This document shows positions 1 through 7,458 of a stretch of 37,594 nt of DNA, piece by piece. Origin of the DNA: a virus. Taxonomy: Duplodnaviria > Caudoviricetes. The notes beneath the pieces were generated by a model, which was given only the letters and a program-made list of their open reading frames with translations, did not search any database and had not been told where the DNA came from. Position numbers and translations under genes: made by a program. The DNA is taken from IMG/VR virus record IMGVR_UViG_3300016474_000413, positions 1 through 37,594 of that record; one strand, given 5' to 3'. Position 1 is the stretch's first letter. Each line of letters begins with the position of its first letter.

Positions 1-22
1 GTGGGACGACGGCGCGGCGACG
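1..22 (+). repeat. Terminal overlap, copy 1 (circularity signature)
   Basis: GTGGGACGACGGCGCGGCGACG at 1-22 is identical to 37573-37594. Confidence 0.97.
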
Positions 23-415
23 ATCATCGGCGTCGGCCTGGTGAAGGTGCAGGGCGCGGCTGCGGACACGCAGGCCGAGGTCGATGACCTGAACACGGTG
101 AACGACCTGCTCGTCGTCGCCGGGTGCACCGAGTGCGACTTCACGAACTACGCCCGGAAGAACCTGTCGCGCACCAACTGGGCGGAGGACGACACGAACA
201 ACCGCGCCCAGGCGGTCGCTGCGGCGCTCACGTGGACCGCTGCGGGTGGTGCGACGAACAACACGATCCTCGGTGCGTTCTTCTACGACAAGACGACCGA
301 CACCAACGACACGACCCGGCTGCTGCTGTCGGTCGACTGGTTCGCCACCGGTGTCACCACCAACGGCGGCGACTACATCTACGACCCGTCCGCCGGCCTC
401 TACAGGATCAGCTGA
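1..415 (+). CDS. 3' part of a 156-aa probable virion/tail-associated protein that starts at 37517 and spans the junction
   Basis: ATG at 37517 (MATGHMMTNKGRWLHAQGLWDDGAAT) continues in frame at 23 (IIGVGLVKVQ...) into ORF 41..415. Ala/Thr/Gly-rich, beta-prone; function inferred from context only. Confidence 0.75.
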   Translation, partial: WDDGAATIIGVGLVKVQGAAADTQAEVDDLNTVNDLLVVAGCTECDFTNYARKNLSRTNWAEDDTNNRAQAVAAALTWTAAGGATNNTILGAFFYDKTTDTNDTTRLLLSVDWFATGVTTNGGDYIYDPSAGLYRIS

Positions 416-416
416 C

Positions 417-1232
417 ATGGCGATCTCGACCCAGGACGGGCTGCTCGCAGGGTTCAACACGGGGCAGCGGCCGCCGCTGGTGAAGGCGAACGTGACGTCG
501 GTCGCGGGTCGTCTGCTGTCGTTGTGGTCCGCGGCCGGTCAGCCGGGTGTCGGGTCGACCACGCTCGGGCAGGCGGCCGCGGGTGCGGTGCCGACGTCGG
601 CGTCGACCGGCGCAGTGGTGTTCACGAACCCGACCGGTGGTGCGTCGTCCTATGTGGGTCGCATCGCGGGCATCGGTGCCGCTGCGGGGCTGCTCGTCGG
701 GTACGACATCCTGTGGGTGTGGGGGTCGGGTGGTTCGGGCTGGTCGGTCACGACCACTGGCGCCCAGTCGACCACGTCACCGGCGGCGTTGACCCGCCCG
801 GACGCGAACGGTGTCGGCACCGAGCTGTGGATGGAGACGTTGGCGGTGGGTGGTGCGGCGTCGGGTACGTCGACGATCACCTACACCAACTCGGCCGGTA
901 CTCCGTCGCGGTCGGCGTCGTTGCTGGCCACGAAGATCTCGGCCCCGCCGGTGGGCACGATCGAGAAGTACGCCCTCGCGGCCGGTGATGCCGGGGTGCA
1001 GTCGGTGCAGTCGATGAACAACTCGGCAACGTGGACGTCGGGCACGTTCCGTCTGATGATCGTGCGCCGCCTGTTCGAGGTGCCGATCGCTGCGAACACC
1101 CCGTTCCTGTACGACGCCTACGACCTGGGTCTGCCCCAGGTGTACGACAGCGCGTGCATCGGTCTCGCGTTCGAGGCCAACGGCACGTCGACCGGCCCGA
1201 TTTCGGCGTCGATGCACATCGCGCAGGGCTGA
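417..1232 (+). CDS. Probable virion structural / minor tail protein (271 aa)
   Basis: ATG at 417 directly after the upstream stop (MAISTQDGLL...). Gly/Ser/Thr-rich, phage-typical codon usage. Confidence 0.65.
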   Translation: MAISTQDGLLAGFNTGQRPPLVKANVTSVAGRLLSLWSAAGQPGVGSTTLGQAAAGAVPTSASTGAVVFTNPTGGASSYVGRIAGIGAAAGLLVGYDILWVWGSGGSGWSVTTTGAQSTTSPAALTRPDANGVGTELWMETLAVGGAASGTSTITYTNSAGTPSRSASLLATKISAPPVGTIEKYALAAGDAGVQSVQSMNNSATWTSGTFRLMIVRRLFEVPIAANTPFLYDAYDLGLPQVYDSACIGLAFEANGTSTGPISASMHIAQG

Positions 1233-1235
1233 CCG

Positions 1236-2291
1236 ATGGCAGTGCGAGGTCGCTGGCCGGGGAATGGCAGGTTCTCGCGGCAGATCAGCGCGCGTCACCC
1301 GTTGCGGGTGGCGCAGCCGACCTCGGAGACGTCGCACGTCGCGTCACCGAACGCGACGCTCGGCGCGGCGTTGCTGCTCGACTACTTCTTCACCGATCCG
1401 TCAGCGGGCCCGTCGACGCAGACCACCACCGCGCAGCCGGCGTCGATGACGCTGGCCGGTGTCGCGGGTGTGTCGTCGTTCGGGTCGGTGACGACGGTCG
1501 CTCAGGTGGCCGACATGACGCTCTCGGGCGTCGCTGGCACGTCGTCGCTGTCGGGCACCACACAGACCACCACGGCGCAGCCTGCGGCCCTCACGTTGAC
1601 CGCCGTGCCCGGCGTGTCGTCGGTCGGTGCGGTGACGAAGGCGGCACAGGTCGCCACACTGACGCTCACGGCCGTTCCGGGTGTGTCGTCGACGGGTGCG
1701 GTCACGAAGGCGGCGCAGGTCGCCACGCTCACCGTGACGGGCGTGCCGGGTGTGTCGTCGTTCGGGTCGGTGACCACGACGGCGCAGCCTGCGGTGCTCA
1801 CCCTGTCCGGGGTGGCGGGCTCGTCGAGCGTCGGTGCGGTGACCACGGTCGCCCAGGTGGCCACGATCACGTTGACCGGCGTGCCCGGTGTGTCGTCGCA
1901 GACGGGTTCGACGCAGTCGACCACGGCGCAGGTCGGGTCGATGGTCGTCACCGGTGTGCCCGGTGTGTCGTCGTTCGGTGCGGTCGTCACCGTCGCCCAG
2001 GTGGCGTCGATGACGCTGACCCCGTTGGCCGGTGTGTCGTCCGTGGGTGCGGTCACGACGACCGCACAGGCGGCGGAAATGACGCTCACGGCGGTGGCGG
2101 GGGTGACGTACGTCCCGGTCCCCAGCTACGCCGACCCGCGCTACACGGTCGCTGCGCGCACGTCGCGGCCGGTGTCGTCGACCGGGCCGGTCGCGGTCGG
2201 GTCGCGTGCGCCTCGCACCCTGGTCGCTGCGTCGTCGTCTGCGGCGGTCACCTCGACCGCTGCCCCTGCTGTCCCCATCGGAGGAACCTGA
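1236..2291 (+). CDS. Ser/Thr-rich repeat protein, probable tail fibre or virion appendage (351 aa)
   Basis: Ten tandem 23-25 aa repeats of the form TTxAQ(P/V)AxxTL(T/S)GV(P/A)GVSSxG(A/S)V; stop overlaps the next start. Confidence 0.7.
   Translation: MAVRGRWPGNGRFSRQISARHPLRVAQPTSETSHVASPNATLGAALLLDYFFTDPSAGPSTQTTTAQPASMTLAGVAGVSSFGSVTTVAQVADMTLSGVAGTSSLSGTTQTTTAQPAALTLTAVPGVSSVGAVTKAAQVATLTLTAVPGVSSTGAVTKAAQVATLTVTGVPGVSSFGSVTTTAQPAVLTLSGVAGSSSVGAVTTVAQVATITLTGVPGVSSQTGSTQSTTAQVGSMVVTGVPGVSSFGAVVTVAQVASMTLTPLAGVSSVGAVTTTAQAAEMTLTAVAGVTYVPVPSYADPRYTVAARTSRPVSSTGPVAVGSRAPRTLVAASSSAAVTSTAAPAVPIGGT
1422..2114 (+). repeat. Ten degenerate tandem coding repeats of about 69-75 nt
   Basis: Recurring gg(t/c)gtgtcgtcg...ggtgacg and gcgcag blocks; visible in the translation. 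Confidence 0.85.
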
Positions 2292-3913
2292 TGCCTGCAC
2301 GCGCTGACTTCACCTACTACAACGACCAGGAGCTGCCGGTCGCCACGTTCGACCTGTCGGAACTCGGTGAGGACTTCTCGACCGGGTGGACGTTCTCGGT
2401 GCGGCTGTGTCGTGCGAACGCGCCGACGACGACGGTGCTGCTGAAGACGACGGGGATCACGGCGACGGCGACGGTCGTGACGGTCGCCTGGTCGACGACC
2501 GACTGGTCCGGCCTGGTCGCTGCGGTGCCGCCGAACGGGACCGACTATGTCGGCTACCTGTACTGCCGGCGCACCGCCGACTCGAAGGACCTCGAGCGGC
2601 AGGCGGGGCGGCCGTTCACGTTGAAGCTGTGCGCCGCAGCGGGGACCTCGGCGGTGTCGCCGGGAGCGACGACGGTGACGGTGCTCGCGTCGACCGTGGC
2701 GGTGTCCGACGTGGCCGGGAACTTCGTCGGTGATGACGTCGAGGAAGTGCTGGCGGAGCAGGCCACGAAGTTCGCATTTCGCAAGTCAGCACTTCTCATG
2801 CCTGGCGCGCCATTTCAGCGGGTCATTGCGTCGTCCCCGCCAACCGTCGCAGTCAACGCGTCGTCCACGATCACGTCGGGTCGCAGCTTCACCGCCACCC
2901 CAACGTCCAAGTACATGACACTGTGCGCTGGCGGCAACTTCTTGACAGACGGTCCGCGCTACAGCGCAAGCCACGTCTACCCCCGCACATTCCCTGGCCG
3001 TAAATACTTCTCGACGCTGGTCGGGTTTGACGGCACCGACATTGAGTTTCAACTGGACTCAGCCCCTGGGCACTACTACCGGTTCAGTTATCGTGAAGCA
3101 GGCCAGAACGAATGGCGTTACGTTGCGGAGTCGGAGGTGGCTGGCCCTGGCGGTGGGGCGATCCGATACTTCAAACTGACGTTCAGCGCGGCGGCTACTC
3201 GCGTAATCCGCATGGAGAACACGGCGGCGGACATTCGGTCGCTCACGATTGGTCAGTACGACACCTGCTGGGCGGTACCTCCTCGCGGCCCGCGTTGCAT
3301 CGTTGTCGGCGACTCCTACGTGCAGTCTGCAAGCGCACCGCCCACCGGCTACTCGTCCATTGGCTCTTGGGTCACGTCGTTCGCTGACACGCTCGGGTGG
3401 GACGACGTGTGGAACAGTGGACTTGGCGGCACCGGCTACATCGCAGACGGTTCGTACGTTGACTTCAACGCGCGCGCCGCCGACGACATCATTGCGTTTG
3501 CTCCGGAAGTGGTCGTTGTGTATGGCGGGCGCAACGACTTTGCCTCCGGTGCGGCGGCTATCGGCACGGCCGCTGGCAGCCTCTTCACCGCACTTCGAGC
3601 TGGGTTGCCGACTGCGATTCTCGTTGTTGTTGGCCCCAACGGCTCAGGGTCGCCCACGGATGGTTCGCGCGACACGTCCACCTGGGGACCGATTGAAGAT
3701 GCGATCTTTTCCGCAACGGCTTCGACCGCCGACATTCAGTTGGAGATGATGTCGTCGGGCATCTTCACGGGGACAGGCAACGTAAGTTCACCGGCGACCG
3801 GGAACCAGACGAACTACATCCAGTCCGATGGCGTCCACCCGTCCACCGCCGGAGCGCGATATCTCGGTCAGCGCATCGCGTACAAGTTGCTGGCAGCTTT
3901 GCCCAACATCTAG
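2291..3913 (+). CDS. Tailspike-like protein with C-terminal SGNH/GDSL hydrolase (540 aa)
   Basis: True start ATG 2291 after GGAGG. SGNH blocks: VVGDSY, GLGGTG, GGRND, DGVHP. N-terminal adaptor-like region and a DVAGNFVGDDVEEVLAE linker. Confidence 0.8.
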   Translation: MPARADFTYYNDQELPVATFDLSELGEDFSTGWTFSVRLCRANAPTTTVLLKTTGITATATVVTVAWSTTDWSGLVAAVPPNGTDYVGYLYCRRTADSKDLERQAGRPFTLKLCAAAGTSAVSPGATTVTVLASTVAVSDVAGNFVGDDVEEVLAEQATKFAFRKSALLMPGAPFQRVIASSPPTVAVNASSTITSGRSFTATPTSKYMTLCAGGNFLTDGPRYSASHVYPRTFPGRKYFSTLVGFDGTDIEFQLDSAPGHYYRFSYREAGQNEWRYVAESEVAGPGGGAIRYFKLTFSAAATRVIRMENTAADIRSLTIGQYDTCWAVPPRGPRCIVVGDSYVQSASAPPTGYSSIGSWVTSFADTLGWDDVWNSGLGGTGYIADGSYVDFNARAADDIIAFAPEVVVVYGGRNDFASGAAAIGTAAGSLFTALRAGLPTAILVVVGPNGSGSPTDGSRDTSTWGPIEDAIFSATASTADIQLEMMSSGIFTGTGNVSSPATGNQTNYIQSDGVHPSTAGARYLGQRIAYKLLAALPNI

Positions 3914-3983
3914 CGCGACCACCACCCGAGCACCCCGTCCGTGCCACCATTCGACCCCGCGCCCCCATCCTGAAAGGCACCCC

Positions 3984-4211
3984 ATGTTCACCAAGCGATT
4001 CATCTACGACGCGCTCGAGCGCGCAGCCCGGGCGTTCTTTGCTGCACTCGGTGGCACCCTCACCGCCACCGCACTGACCGACCTCGCCGCCACATGGAGC
4101 CAAGCACTCCTCGGTGCAGGCGTGGCTGCGCTTGTCTCGTTCTGCTTCTCGATGGGAGCCAGCAAGCAGAGCGATTCCATCTCCCCGGCGAGTCTCGTAC
4201 CACCGACCTGA
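3984..4211 (+). CDS. Holin (r1t-like, 75 aa)
   Basis: GAAAGG SD; MFTKRFIYDALERAARAFFAALGG...; two hydrophobic helices and a C-terminal SPASLV typical of actinophage r1t-type holins. Confidence 0.8.
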   Translation: MFTKRFIYDALERAARAFFAALGGTLTATALTDLAATWSQALLGAGVAALVSFCFSMGASKQSDSISPASLVPPT

Positions 4212-4232
4212 CCCTCGCCCCGCCACCAGTTC

Positions 4233-4283
4233 GACCCCTGGCCGCGCCCCCATCCTCCGGGGTGCCGGCCAGGGGTCTCTTTC
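4233..4283 (+). terminator. Intrinsic terminator ending the late operon
   Basis: GACCCCTGGCC (4233-4243) pairs with GGCCAGGGGTC (4267-4277), followed by TCTTTC; sits between convergent genes. Confidence 0.75.
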
Positions 4284-4407
4284 GCGTCCCAGGGACCAAC
4301 GTCCCTACCCGCCCGCCGACACCCGGCGCGACGATCACCGTCGCAGGCCCCGCACCCGCCGTCGGGGCCGACGCCGTGGCCGCCCCCGTCAGGCGGCCAC
4401 GACCGCG

Positions 4408-4716
4408 TCAGGACTCGTTCGATGCCGGTTGTGCAGCTCGGATCGCGTCGGTGATCGCCTGGCCGACGACGCCGATCGCAAAGCACAGGATCCCTACCAG
4501 CGCGAACGCCAGGAACACGCCCCAGTTGAACACGCCATCGAGGTCAGTGATCGCGAACCAGGTCGTCACCTCCGCGAACCCGCTCTCGTCGTGCACCGCC
4601 TCCAGCGCGAGCCCAGCGAACGCGCCGAGCGCCAGGCACCCGACCAGCAACCACACGCCAGCCGAGAACGCCGCCCGGTTCCGCGCCTGCTCCAACTTGC
4701 TCATCCCGTTGCTCAT
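4408..4716 (-). CDS. Two-TM membrane protein next to attP (102 aa)
   Basis: Two long hydrophobic segments; a -10-like TACGGT lies 7 nt upstream of ATG 4716, suggesting a leaderless transcript. Confidence 0.7.
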   Translation of the reverse strand: MSNGMSKLEQARNRAAFSAGVWLLVGCLALGAFAGLALEAVHDESGFAEVTTWFAITDLDGVFNWGVFLAFALVGILCFAIGVVGQAITDAIRAAQPASNES

Positions 4717-4741
4717 GGCCGCCACCGTAGCGCGCACATCA

Positions 4742-4936
4742 CGCCCTCAATTTCGACCAGGGACAACGCGAAACACCACCCCAGGTGCCCCCACGACCGA
4801 CACGAAACCCCAGCGTGCGAACGGGGCCAGCGCTCTTACAAGGCAATGGTCGGGGGTTCGAGTCCCTCTGCGCCCACTCTCTGACCTGGGGTAATGCGGA
4901 ATCCGCATTCCGCAAGATCACGTGTCGCCCTCAATT
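4742..4936 (+). repeat. Direct repeat CGCCCTCAATT flanking the att core, candidate integrase arm-type sites
   Basis: Exact 11-mers at 4742-4752 and 4926-4936; also an ATGCGGAATCCGCAT inverted repeat at 4894-4908. Confidence 0.6.
4835..4877 (+). other. attP: attP core: 3' half of tRNA-Val(TAC)
   Basis: CTTACAA anticodon loop, GGCAA stem, TGGTC, GGGGG-TTCGAGT-CCCTC T arm, TGCGCCCAC acceptor strand; the 5' tRNA half is absent; just upstream of the integrase. Confidence 0.9.
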
Positions 4937-4953
4937 GTGCATAATCTCGCGAC

Positions 4954-6051
4954 GTGACAGCACGACGAGAGTACGGCTCGGGCAGCCTCGCCGAGGTGCG
5001 GCCCGGCACCTATCGGCTCCGGTGGCACACGGGCATCGACCCGTTCACCGGGAAGCGCACGCAGCGCCAGGAGACGTTCCACGGCACCCGCAAGGCGGCC
5101 ACGAAGCGGCTCGCCGAATGCATCGCTGCGGCCGATGTGTCCTCCTCGATGACGCTCGGCGCGCTGCTCGACATGCACGCAGCGCAGGCGCAGCTCGGGG
5201 CCGACACGAAGGCCCGGTACGACTACGCGCTGCGCCACCTCCCGGCAGGGGTGCGCGCCTGGCGGCTCGACGAGATCTCGTCGCCGATGATCGCCGAGCT
5301 GTACCGCCGCCTCGAGGCCGACGGTGTCGGCGCGCAGACGATCCACAAGGTGCGCACCGCACTCTCGTCGGCGTTCCGGTACGGCATCGAGTGGGGCGTC
5401 GTCGACCGCAACCCGTGCCGCGGCGTGCGGCCGCCGGCCATCGAGCGGCGCACCTACGTCATCCCCACCGTCGACCACCTGCGTGCGATGCTCGACCAGG
5501 CCGACACCAAGCCGGGTGCGTTCCCGATCTGGCTGCGGCTCGCGCTCGGCACCGGTGGCAGGCGCATCGAAGTGCTGCGCCTGCGCTGGGCCGACGTCAC
5601 GTTCGTCGACGGGCTCGCGAAGCTGCGCGTCGTGACGGCCAAGACTCGCGGGCAGCGTGCGCGTACGGTCGTACTCGATGCGAACACCTCGGCGGCGCTG
5701 CTCGCATGGCGCGCGCTTGCAGCTGAACGAGCCATCGCGGTGGGCGCCGAGCTCGAGGGCGACTGCTACGTCGTGAGCGACGATCCGGCCTCACGGGTGC
5801 CGTGGCGACCGGAGCTGGCCACGAAGCGGCTGCAGCGCCTCTCGACGGCCGTCGGCTGTCCGGGTGCACGGCTGCACGACCTGCGCCACGCGCACGCCAC
5901 CATGCTCATCGAGGCAGGCGTCAGCATGCGCACGGTGGCCGACCGGCTCGGGCACACGAGGGTCTCGACGACACAGGACATCTATGGCCACCTGCTGCCC
6001 GGCGCCGACGAGGGCGCCGCGGCCACATTCGGTCAGCTGATGGGCGGGTAG
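4954..6051 (+). CDS. int: Tyrosine integrase (365 aa)
   Basis: Catalytic motifs TGGRRIE, HDLRH, LGH and TQDIYGH; N-terminal GSGSL...YRLRW arm-binding region; adjacent to attP. Confidence 0.95.
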   Translation: MTARREYGSGSLAEVRPGTYRLRWHTGIDPFTGKRTQRQETFHGTRKAATKRLAECIAAADVSSSMTLGALLDMHAAQAQLGADTKARYDYALRHLPAGVRAWRLDEISSPMIAELYRRLEADGVGAQTIHKVRTALSSAFRYGIEWGVVDRNPCRGVRPPAIERRTYVIPTVDHLRAMLDQADTKPGAFPIWLRLALGTGGRRIEVLRLRWADVTFVDGLAKLRVVTAKTRGQRARTVVLDANTSAALLAWRALAAERAIAVGAELEGDCYVVSDDPASRVPWRPELATKRLQRLSTAVGCPGARLHDLRHAHATMLIEAGVSMRTVADRLGHTRVSTTQDIYGHLLPGADEGAAATFGQLMGG

Positions 6052-6100
6052 GACGACTCCGAAACCCGGTTCAGAATCGGTCCCATGACCGTCACTCGTT

Positions 6101-6129
6101 GTCACACCCCGCGCGTAGGTTCTCGTGCA
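6101..6129 (+). promoter_or_regulatory. Putative leaderless promoter for ORF 6129
   Basis: GTCACAC-N8-TAGGTT (6116-6121)-N7-ATG; an operator-like TCGTGCAT overlaps the start codon. Confidence 0.5.
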
Positions 6130-6338
6130 TGGCGATCGGACGAGACACTCAGCAGGACATCGAGGCGCTGGCGGCGGTGCTCAGCGAGATGCGGGAGCTG
6201 CGGACTTCCGTGGGCCGGCTGGCCGACCGCCTCGAGGCGCTGGCGGCGCAGCGAGCTGCTCGACCGCATCGGCAAGTCGTTGTACCTCGCTGCGCAGGTG
6301 GCCGATCTCCTCGGCCATCGCGACGACGAGCTGCGTGA
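6129..6338 (+). CDS. Small coiled-coil protein homologous to the repressor C-terminal coil; candidate antirepressor (69 aa)
   Basis: MAIGRDTQQDIEALAAVLSEMRELRTSVGRLADRLEALAA...; 12/21 aa identical to the repressor coil; overlaps the repressor 3' end convergently. Confidence 0.6.
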   Translation: MAIGRDTQQDIEALAAVLSEMRELRTSVGRLADRLEALAAQRAARPHRQVVVPRCAGGRSPRPSRRRAA

Positions 6339-6627
6339 CGCTCGCCTCGGCCTGGCTGCCCTGCCACGTCTGTGGGACCGGCTCGGCCTCGGCCAGGAAC
6401 GGCGCCGGGTCGTAGTCGACGAGCTCGAAGATCGCTCGTAGGTCGCCGCCGACGGCGATCACCGCCTTGGCCAGCTTCTCGGGCCGAGCGGGGCGGATAC
6501 CCTTCTCGGCCTCGAGCCACCACTGTCGGGAGTTGCCTGATCGCCGCGCCGCCTCGGTCATGTCGAGGGTGCCGCGCGCGGCGCGGAGCGCACGGCCAAC
6601 CTCCTGCCACCTGGTCACTGCTGTCAC
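6181..6627 (-). CDS. Immunity repressor, XRE-family HTH with C-terminal coiled coil (148 aa)
   Basis: GTG 6627 with GGAGG SD; VGRALRAARGTLDMTEAARRSGNSRQWWLEAEKG HTH; divergent from the cro-like gene. Confidence 0.85.
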   Translation of the reverse strand: MTAVTRWQEVGRALRAARGTLDMTEAARRSGNSRQWWLEAEKGIRPARPEKLAKAVIAVGGDLRAIFELVDYDPAPFLAEAEPVPQTWQGSQAEASVTQLVVAMAEEIGHLRSEVQRLADAVEQLAAPPAPRGGRPAGPRKSAAPASR

Positions 6628-6645
6628 GGGGTCATCCTCCGCCCG

Positions 6646-6794
6646 AATTATGCACGGCACAGGGATGCACAGTCGTGCATGTCCGTGCAATTGCATGCAT
6701 GTAATTTGGCGAAGCCCCTGCTAGCGGTACATCTTTGGCGGAGTTGTGCACGATCTATTGACGTCGTGCACAATCGTGCACTACTGTTCGGTTC
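6646..6794. promoter_or_regulatory. Genetic switch: divergent promoters and phased TGCA-core operators
   Basis: Rightward TTGACG (6758)-N18-TACTGT (6782)-N7-GTG; leftward CATAAT; TGCA cores at 6651, 6666, 6676, 6686, 6696, 6747, 6767 and 6777, best copies T(C/T)GTGCAC(A/G)A. Confidence 0.85.
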
Positions 6795-7010
6795 GTGACA
6801 GCAATCGACCCCGAAGCCTTCTCGAAGGCGATGGACCTCACCGGGTACACCCCGCGGCTGCTCGCCAACGAAGTGGGCATCTCGCCCGACTACGTGGTGA
6901 ACATCCGCAACGGCCACCGCCGCCTGAAGCGGAACCCCGTGCTGCGCCGTCGTCTCGCCGATGCGCTGGGCGTGCCTGTCCGTTGGATCGAAGCCAAGGA
7001 GGCAGCATGA
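6795..7010 (+). CDS. cro: Cro-like HTH regulator (71 aa)
   Basis: TPRLLANEVGISPDYVVNIRNGHRR HTH and LADALGV tail; first gene of the rightward operon. Confidence 0.85.
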   Translation: MTAIDPEAFSKAMDLTGYTPRLLANEVGISPDYVVNIRNGHRRLKRNPVLRRRLADALGVPVRWIEAKEAA

Positions 7011-7285
7011 CCACCAACGTCCGGCTCTACCCGGCCCACCTGCGTGACCAGTTCGCTCACGTCGCCACCGACGGGTACACCGTCATCGGCTACCAGCTGC
7101 GCAACCTGCGCAAGGTCTACCGGGCGATGCGTCGCTCAACCGGCTCGGCCACGATGGCGCGCGTCGCCGTGCTCGGTGTGATGGGCGCCGGCCGCAACTG
7201 CCCGCTCGACAAGAGTGGCACCGAGCGGTGGCTCGACGCCCGCATCGCCGAGCAGCTCGACATCGTCAGGGCGGTGGCGGCCTGA
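7007..7285 (+). CDS. Hypothetical early protein (92 aa)
   Basis: ATGA overlap with cro, AGGAGG SD, stop coupled to the next start. Confidence 0.75.
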   Translation: MTTNVRLYPAHLRDQFAHVATDGYTVIGYQLRNLRKVYRAMRRSTGSATMARVAVLGVMGAGRNCPLDKSGTERWLDARIAEQLDIVRAVAA

Positions 7286-7458
7286 TGGAGAAGCTCGCAC
7301 TCACCGCCCACGAAGCGGCCGACTCGCTCGGCGTCAGCTACGACACGATCAAGCGCCTCGTGGCCGAGGGCAAGCTCGCCCGAGTGCCGCACCTCGGCGT
7401 CATCCGCATCCCGGTGGCGTCGCTGCGGGCCTTCGCCGAGGGCGAGGTGGCAGCGTGA
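7285..7458 (+). CDS. xis: Excisionase-like winged HTH (57 aa)
   Basis: LTAHEAADSLGVSYDTIKRLVAEGKL...IRIPVASL is the classic MerR-like/Xis pattern. Confidence 0.85.
   Translation: MEKLALTAHEAADSLGVSYDTIKRLVAEGKLARVPHLGVIRIPVASLRAFAEGEVAA

Noticed and set aside
1-22. Biological direct terminal repeat
   Set aside because: It is very short and falls inside a coding sequence, which fits an assembler overlap better.
454-474. TCAACAC copies at 454 and 31750 as promoters
   Set aside because: No xAxxxT hexamer at the 8-nt spacing; they are coding coincidences.
1422-2114. CRISPR array or DGR template/variable repeat
   Set aside because: The repeats are degenerate, in frame and lack spacers; no reverse transcriptase or cas operon is present.
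1031-2290. 960-aa ORF starting at 1031
   Set aside because: The upstream part overlaps two better genes in another frame; the real start is ATG 2291 with an SD.
4805-4880. Complete tRNA-Val gene
   Set aside because: The 5' acceptor strand, D arm and 5' anticodon stem are missing; it is the attP core.
6085-6441. 118-aa plus-strand ORF over the repressor
   Set aside because: It is the codon-aligned antisense shadow of the repressor; the 6129 frame has the promoter and the homology signal.
6181-6627. Integration-dependent immunity (attP inside the repressor gene)
   Set aside because: attP lies upstream of int, about 1.3 kb from the repressor.
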